Positions 12,429 through 27,500 of a DNA stretch of 64,000 nucleotides are shown here, piece after piece. Each line of letters opens with the position of its first letter. Position 1 is the stretch's first letter. The notes below the pieces were generated by a model. That model was given only the letters and a program-made list of their open reading frames with translations, was not told where the DNA came from and ran no database searches. The position numbers and the translations under genes were made by a program. The stretch is from the NCBI RefSeq assembly GCF_009914755.1, contig NC_060940.1; one strand, given 5' to 3'. Source of the stretch: the human T2T-CHM13v2.0 reference genome, Homo sapiens.

Positions 12429-15400
12429 TGATGATTCCATTCGAGTCCATTCGATGATTTCATTCGAGTACATCCAATGATTCCATTCGAGTCCATTAGA
12501 TGATTCCATTTGATTCCATTTGAAAATGATTCTACTAGAGTCCATTCAATGACTCCATTCGAGTCCATTCAACAATTCCATTCGACTCCATTCGATGATT
12601 CCATTCGATTCCATTTGATGGTTCCATTCGAGTCCATTTAATCATTACAGTCGAGTCCATTTGGTGATTCCACTGGATTTCTTTTGATAATGATACCATT
12701 CAATTACATTTGATGATGATCCCATTCAATTTCATTTGATGATGATTCCATTAGAGTCCATTCGATGATTTCATACGAGTCCCTTCATTGATTCCATCCG
12801 ATTTCATTGGATGATGACTCCATTCGAGTCCATTCGATGATTCCACTCGATTCCATTAGATGACTCCATTGGAGCCCATTTGATTGTTCCATTCGATTCC
12901 ATTCGATTCCTTTCGAAGATTATTCCATTTGAGTCCATTCGATGATGATTCCATTCCATTCCATTTGATGATTCCGTTTGATTCCATTCGATGATTCCCT
13001 TCGATTCCTTTCTTTGATGATTCCATTCCATTCCATTCAATGATTCCATTCGAATCTATTCCATGATGATTCCTTTCGATTCCATTCGCTGATGTTTCCG
13101 TTCAATTCCATTCGATGATGATTCCATTCGATTCCATTCATTGAGGATTCCATTTGATTCCATTCAATGATGATTCCATTCTATTCCATTCAATGATTGC
13201 ATTCAATTCCATTCAATGATTATCCCCTTAGAGTAAACTCAACGATTCCATTCAATACCATTCGATGATGATTCCTTTTGAGTCCATTCAATGATTTCAT
13301 TCAAGTCCATTTGATGATTCCTTTCAATTCCATTCTATGATGATTCCATTCGAGTCCATTCGATGATTCCATTCGATTGCATTCGATGATTCCATTATAT
13401 TCCATTCAACGGTGATTCCATTCGAGTCCATTCCATGATTCCATTAGAGTACATTTAATGATTGCTTTGTTTTCAATTCGAAGATGATTACATTGGATTC
13501 CATTCTATGATACCATTCGATTCCATTCAATGATGATTCCACTCAAATCCATTGGATGATTCCATTCGTGTCCATTCGGTGATTTCATTAGATTCCATTC
13601 GAGGATGATTCCATTCGATTCCATTCGATGATTCCATTCAATTCCATTAGATGATGATTCCATTCCAGTCCATATGATCATTCCATTCAATTCCATACGA
13701 TGATGATTCCATTTGATTTGATTCGACAGTGAGCCATTTGATTCAATTCCATGATGATTCTATTTGATTCAATTGGTTGACATTTCCATTCGATTCCATT
13801 CGATGATGATTCCCTTTGATTCCGTTCAAAGATGATTCCATTCTAGCCCATTCAATCATTCCATTCGATTCTATTCAATGATGATTCCATTCATGTCGAT
13901 TTGGTGATTCCATTTGACTTCATTTGATGATGATTCCTTTCAAGTTCATTAGATGATTCCATTCGATTCCATTTGATGATGATCCCATTCGAATCCATTC
14001 AGTGATTCCATTCATTTCCATTCCATGATGATTCCATTCCTTTCCATTCAATGATTCCATTCGATTCCGTTTGATGATGATTTCATTCGAGTCCATTTGA
14101 TGATTCCATTTGATTCCATTCGATGATGATTCCATTCGAGTCCATTCGATGATTCTATTCGAATCCATTTGATGATTTCTTTTGATTATATTTGGTGATG
14201 ATTCCATTGGAGTCCATTCAATGATTCCATTCTATTCCAATCGATGATGATTCCATTAGAGTCCATTTAATGATTCCATTTGATTCCAGTCTCTGATGAT
14301 TACATTCGAGTCCATACGATGATTCCACTCAATTCCATATGATGATGATTCCATTTGATTCCATTCGGTGATTCCATTCTATTCTATTCAATGGTGATTC
14401 CATTCGAGTACATTAGATGATTCCATTCGATTCCATTCAATGATGATTCTATTTGTGTCCCTTAGATGATTCCACATGATTCCATTACATGATGATACTA
14501 TTTGAGCCCATCCAATGATTCCCTTCGATTCCATTCGATGAGGATTCCATTCGATTCAATTCATTGGTGATTCTATTCAATTCAATTCTTTGATTCCATT
14601 CCATTCCATTCGACAATGATTCCATTCGATTTCTTTCGATGATTCCACTCGATTCCACTTGACATTGATTCCATTCGATTCCATTCAATGATTCCATTTG
14701 ATTCCAGTGGATGATGATTGCCATCGATTCCATTCGATCACTCCATTCTATTCCATTTGATGATGATTACATTCGATTCCATTTGATGATTCCATCTGAT
14801 TCTATTCGAGGATTCCATTTGATTCCATTCGATGATGATTCCATTCGAGTCCATTCGATGATTTCATTCGAGTACATCCAATGATTCCATTCGAGTCCAT
14901 TAGATGATTCCGTTTGATTCCATTTGAAAATGATTCTACTAGAGTCCATTCAATGACTCCATTCGAGTCCATTCAACAATTCCATTCGACTCCATTCGAT
15001 GATTCCATTCGATTCCATTTGATGGTTCCATTCGAGTCCATTTAATCATTACAGTCGAGTCCGTTTGGTGATTCCACTGGATTTCTTTTGATAATGATAC
15101 CATTCAATTACATTTGATGATGATCCCATTCAATTTCATTTGATGATGATTCCATTAGAGTCCATTCGATGATTTCATTCGAGTCCCTTCATTGATTCCA
15201 TCCGATTTCATTGGATGATGACTCCATTCGAGTCCATTCGATGATTCCACTCGATTCCATTAGATGACTCCATTGGAGTCCATTTGATTGTTCCATTCGA
15301 TTCCATTCGATTCCTTTCGAAGATTATTCCATTTGAGTCCATTCGATGATGATTCCATTCCATTCCATTCGATGATTCCGTTTGATTCCATTCGATGATT

Positions 15401-16084
15401 CCCTTCGATTCCTTTCTTTGATGATTCCATTCCATTCCATTCAATGATTCCATTCGAATCTATTCCATGATGATTCCTTTCGATTCCATTCGCTGATGTT
15501 TCCGTTCAATTCCATTCGATGATGATTCCATTCGATTCCATTCATTGAGGATTCCATTTGATTCCATTCAATGATGATTCCATTCTATTCCATTCAATGA
15601 TTTCATTCAATTCCATTCAATGATTATCCCCTTAGAGTAAACTCAACGATTCCATTCAATACCATTCGATGATGATTCCTTTTGAGTCCATTCAATGATT
15701 TCATTCAAGTCCATTTGATGATTCCTTTCAATTCCATTCGATGATGATTCCATTCGAGTCCATTCGATGATTCCATTCGATTGCATTCGATGATTCCATT
15801 ATATTCCATTCAACGGTGATTCCATTCGAGTCCATTCCATGATTCCATTAGAGTACATTTAATGATTGCTTTGTTTTCAATTCGAAGATGATTGCATTGG
15901 ATTCCATTCTATGATACCATTCGATTCCATTCAATGATGATTCCACTCAAATCCATTGGATGATTCCATTCGTGTCCATTCGGTGATTTCATTAGATTCC
16001 ATTCGAGGATGATTCCATTCGATTCCATTCGATGATTCCATTCAATTCCATTCGATGATGATTCCATTCCAGTCCATATGATCA
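11277..16084 (+). repeat. Tandem 2,404 bp sub-unit duplication (11277-13680 / 13681-16084)
   Basis: Junction CCAGTCCATATGATCA-TTCCATT-CAATTCCATACGATG at 13681-13687, with 7 bp microhomology TTCCATT. Confidence 0.92.
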
Positions 16085-18426
16085 TTCCATTTGATTTCAT
16101 TCGATGATGATTCCATTCGATTCCATTCGACGATTCCATTCTATTCCATTCGATGATGATTCCATTCGAGTCCATTCGATCAATCCATTCGAGTCCATTT
16201 AATGATTCCATTGGGTTCAATTCAATGATGATTACATTGGATTCCGTTCTATGATTCCATTCAATTCCGTTCATTGACAATTTGATTCCATTCGATGATG
16301 ATTCCATTTGAGTTCATTCGATGATTCTATTCGATTCTCTTCGATGGTGATTCAATTTTATTATATTGGATAATTCCATTCGATTCCATTTGATGTTGAT
16401 TCAATTCGATTCTATTCGATGATGATTCCATTGGATTTCACTTGATGATTCTATTCGATTCCATTCAATGATGATTCACTTCTCGTCCATTGGATGATTC
16501 CATTTCATTCCATTCGATGATGATTCCATTTGATTCCATTCGTTGATTCCATTTGATTCCATGCGACGGTGAGCAATTCGATTCAATTCCATGATGATTC
16601 TATTTGATTCAATTAGATGATGTTTCCATTCGAATCCATTCCATGATTATTCCATTGGAATCCATTCGGCGATGATTCCATATGAGTCAATTCAATGATG
16701 ATTCCATATGGGTCCGTTCGATGATAATTCCATTTGATTTCATTCGATGCTTCTATTCTATTCCAGTCGATGATGATTCCGTTGGAGTCCATACGATGAT
16801 TCCATTTGATTTCATTTGATGATGATTCCATTCGATGATGATTACATTGGATTCCATTCTATGATTCCATTCAATTCCATTCGTTGATGATTCGATTCCA
16901 TTCAATGATGATTCCATTTGAGTTCATTCGATGATTCTATTCGATTCCGTTCGATGGTGATTCAATTCTATTATATTGGATGATTCCACTCGATTCCATT
17001 TGATGATTATTCCATTGGAGTCCACTTAGTGAATCCTTTAGATTCTACTCGACGATGATTCCATTCGAGTCCATTCGATGATACCATTCAATTCCATTCG
17101 TTGATGCTTCCATTCAAGTGCATTCGATGATATCATTCGATTCCATTTGATGATAATTCCATTTGATTCCATGCGATGATTCTATTCGATTCCATTCAAT
17201 GATAATTCCATTCAATTCAGTGATTCCTCTGGACTCCATTTGATGATGATTCCATTCAATGATTCCATTCGATTCTATTCGAAAATGATTCCATTTGAAT
17301 CCATTTGATGATGATTCCATTAGATTCCATTTGATGATTCCATTCGATTCCATTCGACGATGATTCCATTCGATTCCGTTTGATGATTCCATTCTATTCT
17401 ATTCGATGATGATTCCATTCGATTCCATTCGATGATGATTGGATTCGATTCCATTGGATGATTTCATTTGATTCCATTCGTTAATGATTTCGATCAATTC
17501 CATTCGATGATTCCATTCGATTCCATTCGATAATGATTACATCCGAGTCCATTCGATGATTCCCTTTGAGCCTGTTCGATAATTCCATTTGAGTCCAACC
17601 AATGATTCCATTCATTTCCATTCAATGATTCCATTCGAGTCCATTTGATCATTCCGGTAGGGTCCATTCGATGTTGATTCCATTGGAGTGCATTCGATGA
17701 TTCCATTCGAGTCCATTTTAGGATTTGATTCGAGTCCTTTCGATGATTCCATTCGATTCCACTCGATGATGATTTCATTCGAGTCCATTCGACACTTCCA
17801 ATCGATTCCATTTGATGATTCCATTCGAGTCCAATTGATGATTCCATTCAATTCCATTCGATGATGATTCCGTACGATTCCATTCTGTGATGATTCCATG
17901 TGATTGCATTCAATGATGATTCCTTTCGATTGCATTCGATTATGATTCATTTCGTGTTCATTCTATGGTTCCACAGGTTTCCATTCGTGTCCATTCCATT
18001 ATTCCATTCTATTCCATTTGATGATGATTCCGTTCGATTCCATTCATTGGTGATTCCACTCAATTCCATTCAATGATTCCATTCCATTTCTTTCAACAAT
18101 GATTCCATTAGTTTCTAATCGATGATCCACTTGATTCCATTTGACGACGATTCCATTCTTGTCCATTCGATGATTCCATTTGATTCCATATGATGATGAT
18201 TCCATTCGATTCCATACCATGATGATTCCATTCGAGTCCATTCAATGGTGATTCCATTCAATTCCATTCGATGATTCCTTTTGATTCCATTCGATGATGA
18301 TGGCATTCGATTCCTTTCAATCATTCCCTTTGATTCCATTCAAAGGTGATTTCATTCAAGTCCATTCGATAATTGCATTCGATTCCATTCTATGATGATT
18401 CCATTCGAGTCCATTTGATGATTCCA

Positions 18427-21400
18427 TTCAATTCAAGTCAATGATGATTCCATTCGATTCCATTCGATGATTCCATTGGATTCCATTCGATGATGATTCC
18501 ATTCAAATCCATTCGATAATTCAATTCAAGTCCATTCGATGATGATTCCAATCGAATCCATTCAAAGATTCCATTCAGTTCCATTCGATGATTCCCTTAG
18601 ATTCCATTCGATGATTCCACTTGATTGCATTTACGATGATTCCATTCGATTCCATGTGATGATTCCATTCAATTCTATTCAATGATGTCTCCATTTGATT
18701 CCATTCGACCATGATTGCCTTTGATTCCATTCAATGATTCCATTCGGTTCCGTTTGATGATGATTCCGTTCGATTCCATTTGATGATTCCATTTGATTCC
18801 ATTGGATGAGTCCATTCGATTACATTCGATGATTATTCCATTCGAGTGCATTAGATGATTCCATTCGAGTCCATTCGATGATTCCATTCGATTCCATTCG
18901 ATGTTGATTCTGTTCAAATCCATTCGATGATTCCACTCGATTCCATTCGTTGACTCCATTTGATCCCATTCGATGATTTCCTTTGATTCCCTTTGATGAT
19001 CATTCCATTTGATTCAATTCGGTGATTTCATTTGATTCCATTCAGTGATGTTTCCATTCGACTCCATTCGATGATGATTCCATTCGACTCCATTCGATTA
19101 TGATTTCATTCAATTCCATTCGATAATGATTCCCTTCGAGTCCATTCGATGATTCCATTCGATTCCATTCAACAATGATTTGATTCGTGTCCATTCGATG
19201 ATTCCATTTGATTCCACATGATGATGATTCCATTCGAGTCCATTTGATGATTCCATTCAATTCCATACTCCGATGATTTCTTTTGAGCCCACTCAATGCT
19301 TCCACTCGATTCCATATGATGATGACTCCATTCGATGAAATTCGATGATGATTCCATTCGCTTGCTTTCGATGATGATTCCACTTGAGTCCGTTAGAAGA
19401 TTCTATTCAATTACATTCCATGACAATTCCGTTCGAGTCCATTTGATGATTTCATTAGACTCCATTCGACGATGATTCCATTCGATGTTATTCGATGATT
19501 CCATTCGATCTCATTCGATGATGATTCCATTCAACTCCATTCGATGTTTCCATTCGAGTTCATTCTATTATTCCATTAGATTCCATTCGATGATGATTCC
19601 ATTCGATTCCATTTGATGATTGCATTCTATTTCATTTGATGATGATTCCATTCGAGTCCACTCGATGATTCCATTCGAGTCCATTTAATGAATCCATTGG
19701 TTTCAATTCTATGATGATTACATTGGATTCCATTCGTTGATGATTTCATTCGGTTCCATTCAATGATGATTCCATTCAATTCCTTTCAATGTTTCCATTC
19801 AATTCCATACGATGATGATTCCATTTGATTTGATTCGACAGTGAGCCATTCGATTCAATTCCATGATGATTCTATTTGATTCAATTGGTTGACATTTCCA
19901 TTCGATTCCATTCGATGATGATTCCCTTTGATTCCGTTCAAAGATGATTCCATTCTAGCCCATTCAATCATTCCATTCGATTCTATTCAATGATGATTCC
20001 ATTCATGTCGATTTGGTGATTCCATTTGACTTCATTTGATGATGATTCCTTTCAAGTTCATTAGATGATTCCATTCGATTCCATTTGATGATGATCCCAT
20101 TCGAGTCCATTCAGTGATTCCATTCGTTTCCATTCCATGATGATTCCATTCCTTTCCATTCAATGATTCCATTCGATTCCGTTTGATGATGATTTCATTC
20201 GAGTCCATTTGATGATTCCATTTGATTCCATTCGATGATGATTCCATTCGAGTCCATTCGATGATTCTATTCGAATCCATTTGATGATTTCTTTTGATTA
20301 TATTTGGTGATGATTCCATTGGAGTCCATTCAATGATTCCATTCGATTCCAATCGATGATGATTCCATTAGAGTCCATTTAATGATTCCACTTGATTCCA
20401 GTCTCTGATGATTACATTCGAGTCCATACGATGATTCCACTCAATTCCATATGATGATGATTCCATTTGATTCCATTCGGTGATTCCATTCTATTCTATT
20501 CAATGGTGATTCCATTCGAGTACATTAGATGATTCCATTCGATTCCATTCAATGATGATTCTATTTGTGTCCCTTAGATGATTCCACATGATTCCATTAC
20601 ATGATGATACTATTTGAGCCCATCCAATGATTCCCTTCGATTCCATTCGATGAGGATTCCATTCGATTCAGTTCATTGGTGATTCTATTCAATTCAATTC
20701 TTTGATTCCATTCCATTCCATTCGACAATGATTCCATTCGATTTCTTTCGATGATTCCACTCGATTCCACTTGACATTGATTCCCTTCGATTCCATTCAA
20801 TGATTCCATTTGATTCCAGTGGATGATGATTGCCATCGATTCCATTCGATCACTCCATTCTATTCCATTTGATGATGATTACATTCGATTCCATTTGACG
20901 ATTCCATCTGATTCTATTCGAGGATTCCATTTGATTCCATTCGATGATGATTCCATTCGAGTCCATTCGATGATTTCATTCGAGTACATCCAATGATTCC
21001 ATTCGAGTCCATTAGATGATTCCATTTGATTCCATTTGAAAATGATTCTACTAGAGTCCATTCAATGACTCCATTCGAGTCCATTCAACAATTCCATTCG
21101 ACTCCATTCGATGATTCCATTCGATTCCATTTGATGGTTCCATTCGAGTCCATTTAATCATTACAGTCGATTCCATTTGGTGATTCCACTGGATTTCTTT
21201 TGATAATGATACCATTCAATTACATTTGATGATGATCCCATTCAATTTCATTTGATGATGATTCCATTAGAGTCCATTCGATGATTTCATTCGAGTCCCT
21301 TCATTGATTCCATCCGATTTCATTGGATGATGACTCCATTCGAGTCCATTCGATGATTCCACTCGATTACATTAGATGACTCCATTGGAGTCCATTTGAT

Positions 21401-24400
21401 TGTTCCATTCGATTCCATTCGATTCCTTTCGAAGATTATTCCATTTGAGTCCATTCGATGATGATTCCATTCCATTCCATTCGATGATTCCGTTTGATTC
21501 TATTCGATGATTCCCTTCGATTCCTTTCTTTGATGATTCCATTCCATTCCATTCAATGATTCCATTCGAATCTATTCCATGATGATTCCTTTCGATTCCA
21601 TTCGCTGATGTTTCCGTTCAATTCCATTCGATGATGATTCCATTCGATTCCATTCATTGAGGATTCCATTTGATTCCATTCAATGATGATTCCATTCTAT
21701 TCCATTCAATGATTGCATTCAATTCCATTCAATGATTATCCCATTAGAGTAAACTCAACGATTCCATTCAATACCATTCGATGATGATTCCTTTTGAGTC
21801 CATTCAATGATTTCATTCAAGTCCATTTGATGATTCCTTTCAATTCCATTCTATGATGATTCCATTCGAGTCCATTCGATGATTCCATTCGATTGCATTC
21901 GATGATTCCATTATATTCCATTCAACGGTGATTCCATTCGAGTCCATTCCATGATTCCATTAGAGTACATTTAATGATTGCTTTGTTTTCAATTCGAAGA
22001 TGATTACATTGGATTCCATTCTATGATACCATTCGATTCCATTCAATGATGATTCCACTCAAATCCATTGGATGATTCCATTCGTGTCCATTCGGTGATT
22101 TCATTAGATTCCATTCGAGGATGATTCCATTCGATTCCATTCGATGATTCCATTCAATTCCATTCGATGATGATTCCATTCCAGTCCATATGATCATTCC
22201 ATTTGATTTCATTCGATGATGATTCCATTCGATTCCTTTCGACGATTCCATTCTATTCCATTCGATGATGATTCCATTCGAGTCCATTCGATGATTCCAT
22301 TCGAGTCCATTTAATGATTCCATTGGGTTCAATTCAATGATGATTACATTGGATTCCGTTCTCTGATTCCATTCAATTCCGTTCAATGACAATTTGATTC
22401 CATTCGATGATGATTCCATTTGAGTTCATTCGATGATTCTATTCGATTCTCTTCGATGGTGATTCAATTTTATTATATTGGATAATTCCATTCGATTCCA
22501 TTTGATGTTGATTCAATTCGATTCTATTCGATGATGATTCCATTGGATTTCACTTGATGATTCTATTCGATTCCATTCAATGATGATTCACTTCTCGTCC
22601 ATTGGATGATTCCATTTCATTCCATTCGATGATGATTCCATTCGATTCCATTCGTTGATTCCATTTGATTCCATGCGACGGTGAGCAATTCGATTCAATT
22701 CCATGATGATTCTATTTGATTCAATTAGATGATGTTTCCATTCGAATCCATTCCATGATTATTCCATTGGAATCCATTCGGCGATGATTCCATATGAGTC
22801 AATTCAATGATGATTCCATATGGGTCCGTTCGATGATAATTCCATTTGATTTCATTCGATGCTTCTATTCTATTCCAGTCGATGATGATTCCGTTGGAGT
22901 CCATACGATGATTCCATTTGATTTCATTTGATGATGATTCCATTCGATGATGATTACATTGGATTCCATTCTATGATTCCATTCAATTCCATTCGTTGAT
23001 GATTCGATTCCATTCAATGATGATTCCATTTGAGTTCATTCGATGATTCTATTCGATTCCGTTCGATGGTGATTCAATTCTATTATATTGGATGATTCCA
23101 CTCGATTCCATTTGATGATTATTCCATTGGAGTCCACTTAGTGAATCCTTTAGATTCTACTCGACGATGATTCCATTCGAGTCCATTCGATGATACCATT
23201 CAATTCCATTCGTTGATGCTTCCATTCAAGTGCATTCGATGATATCATTCGATTCCATTTGATGATAATTCCATTTGATTCCATGCGATGATTCTATTCG
23301 ATTCCATTCAATGATAATTCCATTCAATTCAGTGATTCCTCTGGACTCCATTTGATGATGATTCCATTCAATGATTCCATTCGATTCTATTCCAAAATGA
23401 TTCCATTTGAATCCATTTGATGATGATTCCATTAGATTCCATTTGATGATTCCATTCGATTCCATTCGACGATGATTCCATTCGATTCCGTTTGATGATT
23501 CCATTCTATTCTATTCGATGATGATTCCATTCGATTCCATTCGATGATGATTGGATTCAATTCCATTGGATGATTTCATTTGATTCCATTCGTTAATGAT
23601 TTCGATCAATTCCATTCGATGATTCCATTCGATTCCATTCGATAATGATTACATCCGAGTCCATTCGATGATTCCCTTTGAGCCTGTTCGATAATTCCAT
23701 TTGAGTCCAACCAATGATTCCATTCATTTCCATTCAATGATTCCATTCGAGTCCATTTGATCATTCCGGTAGGGTCCATTCGATGTTGATTCCATTGGAG
23801 TGCATTCGATGATTCCATTCGAGTCCATTTTAGGATTTGATTCGAGTCCTTTCGATGATTCCATTCGATTCCACTCGATGATGATTTCATTCGAGTCCAT
23901 TCGACACTTCCAATCGATTCCATTTGATGATTCCATTCGAGTCCAATTGATGATTCCATTCAATTCCATTCGATGATGATTCCGTACGATTCCATTCTGT
24001 GATGATTCCATGTGATTGCATTCAATGATGATTCCTTTCGATTGCATTCGATTATGATTCATTTCGTGTTCATTCTATGGTTCCACAGGTTTCCATTCGT
24101 GTCCATTCCATTATTCCATTCTATTCCATTTGATGATGATTCCGTTCGATTCCATTCATTGGTGATTCCACTCAATTCCATTCAATGATTCCATTCCATT
24201 TCTTTCAACAATGATTCCATTAGTTTCTAATCGATGATCCACTTGATTCCATTTGACGACGATTCCATTCTTGTCCATTCGATGATTCCATTTGATTCCA
24301 TATGATGATGATTCCATTCGATTCCATACCATGATGATTCCATTCGAGTCCATTCAATGGTGATTCCATTCAATTCCATTCGATGATTCCTTTTGATTCC

Positions 24401-24538
24401 ATTCGATGATGATGGCATTCGATTCCTTTCAATCATTCCCTTTGATTCCATTCAAAGGTGATTTCATTCAAGTCCATTCGATAATTGCATTCGATTCCAT
24501 TCTATGATGATTCCATTCGAGTCCATTTGATGATTCCA
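18427..24538 (+). repeat. Higher-order unit 3, canonical 6,112 bp
   Basis: ORF-track markers shift by exactly 6112 (18675 to 24787). Confidence 0.95.
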
Positions 24539-27500
24539 TTCAATTCAAGTCAATGATGATTCCATTCGATTCCATTCGATGATTCCATTGGATTCCATTC
24601 GATGATGATTCCATTCAAATCCATTCGATAATTCAATTCAAGTCCATTCGATGATGATTCCAATCGAATCCATTCAAAGATTCCATTCAGTTCCATTCGA
24701 TGATTCCCTTAGATTCCATTCGATGATTCCACTTGATTCCATTTACGATGATTCCATTCGATTCCATGTGATGATTCCATTCAATTCTATTCAATGATGT
24801 CTCCATTTGATTCCATTCGACCATGATTGCCTTTGATTCCATTCAATGATTCCATTCGGTTCCGTTTGATGATGATTCCGTTCGATTCCATTTGATGATT
24901 CCATTTGATTCCATTGGATGAGTCCATTCGATTACATTCGATGATTATTCCATTCGAGTGCATTAGATGATTCCATTCGAGTCCATTCGATGATTCCATT
25001 CGATTCCATTCGATGTTGATTCTGTTCAAATCCATTCGATGATTCCACTCGATTCCATTCGTTGACTCCATTTGATCCCATTCGATGATTTCCTTTGATT
25101 CCCTTTGATGATCATTCCATTTGATTCAATTCGGTGATTTCATTTGATTCCATTCAGTGATGTTTCCATTCGACTCCATTCGATGATGATTCCATTCGAC
25201 TACATTCGATTATGATTTCATTCAATTCCATTCGATAATGATTCCCTTCGAGTCCATTCGATGATTCCATTCGATTCCATTCAACAATGATTTGATTCGT
25301 GTCCATTCGATGATTCCATTTGATTCCACATGATGATGATTCCATTCGAGTCCATTTGATGATTCCATTCAATTCCATACTCCGATGATTTCTTTTGAGC
25401 CCACTCAATGCTTCCACTCGATTCCATATGATGATGACTCCATTCGATGAAATTCGATGATGATTCCATTCGCTTGCTTTCGATGATGATTCCACTTGAG
25501 TCCGTTAGAAGATTCTATTCAATTACATTCCATGACGATTCCGTTCGAGTCCATTTGATGATTCCATTAGACTCCATTCGACGATGATTCCATTCGATGT
25601 TATTCGATGATTCCATTCGATCTCATTCGATGATGATTCCATTCAACTCCATTCGATGTTTCCATTCGAGTTCATTCTATTATTCCATTAGATTCCATTC
25701 GATGATGATTCCATTCGATTCCATTTGATGATTGCATTCTATTTCATTTGATGATGATTCCATTCGAGTCCACTCGATGATTCCATTCGAGTCCATTTAA
25801 TGAATCCATTGGTTTCAATTCTATGATGATTACATTGGATTCCATTCGTTGATGATTTCATTCGGTTCCATTCAAGGATGATTCCATTCAATTCCTTTCA
25901 ATGTTTCCATTCAATTCCATACGATGATGATTCCATTTGATTTGATTCGACAGTGAGCCATTCGATTCAATTCCATGATGATTCTATTTGATTCAATTGG
26001 TTGACATTTCCATTCGATTCCATTCGATGATGATTCCCTTTGATTCCGTTCAAAGATGATTCCATTCTAGCCCATTCAATCATTCCATTCGATTCTATTC
26101 AATGATGATTCCATTCATGTCGATTTGGTGATTCCATTTGACTTCATTTGATGATGATTCCTTTCAAGTTCATTAGATGATTCCATTCGATTCCATTTGA
26201 TGATGATCCCATTCGAGTCCATTCAGTGATTCCATTCGTTTCCATTCCATGATGATTCCATTCCTTTCCATTCAATGATTCCATTCGATTCCGTTTGATG
26301 ATGATTTCATTCGAGTCCATTTGATGATTCCATTTGATTCCATTCGATGATGATTCCATTCGAGTCCATTCGATGATTCTATTCGAATCCATTTGATGAT
26401 TTCTTTTGATTATATTTGGTGATGATTCCATTGGAGTCCATTCAATGATTCCATTCGATTCCAATCGATGATGATTCCATTAGAGTCCATTTAATGATTC
26501 CATTTGATTCCAGTCTCTGATGATTACATTCGAGTCCATACGATGATTCCACTCAATTCCATATGATGATGATTCCATTGGATTCCATTCGGTGATTCCA
26601 TTCTATTCTATTCAATGGTGATTCCATTCGAGTACATTAGATGATTCCATTCGATTCCATTCAATGATGATTCTATTTGTGTCCCTTAGATGATTCCACA
26701 TGATTCCATTACATGATGATACTATTTGAGCCCATCCAATGATTCCCTTCGATTCCATTCGATGAGGATTCCATTCGATTCAGTTCATTGGTGATTCTAT
26801 TCAATTCAATTCTTCGATTCCATTCCATTCCATTCGACAATGATTCCATTCGATTTCTTTCGATGATTCCACTCGATTCCACTTGACATTGATTCCCTTC
26901 GATTCCATTCAATGATTCCATTTGATTCCAGTGGATGATGATTGCCATCGATTCCATTCGATCACTCCATTCTATTCCATTTGATGATGATTACATTCGA
27001 TTCCATTTGACGATTCCATCTGATTCTATTCGAGGATTCCATTTGATTCCATTCGATGATGATTCCATTCGAGTCCATTCGATGATTTCATTCGAGTACA
27101 TCCAATGATTCCATTCGAGTCCATTAGATGATTCCATTTGATTCCATTTGAAAATGATTCTACTAGAGTCCATTCAATGACTCCATTCGAGTCCATTCAA
27201 CAATTCCATTCGACTCCATTCGATGATTCCATTCGATTCCATTTGATGGTTCCATTCGATTCCATTTAATCATTACAGTCGAGTCCATTTGGTGATTCCA
27301 CTGGATTTCTTTTGATAATGATACCATTCAATTACATTTGATGATGATCCCATTCAATTTCATTTGATGATGATTCCATTAGAGTCCATTCGATGATTTC
27401 ATTCGAGTCCCTTCATTGATTCCATCCGATTTCATTGGATGATGACTCCATTCGAGTCCATTCGATGATTCCACTCGATTCCATTAGATGACTCCATTGG

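Larger units (their letters stand above)
8012..18426 (+). repeat. Higher-order unit 2, 10,415 bp variant (6,112 + 1,899 + 2,404)
   Basis: Landmarks at 8012 and 18427; marker offsets 8754/10653 (+1899) and 11516/13920, 12081/14485, 13505/15909 (+2404). Confidence 0.93.
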
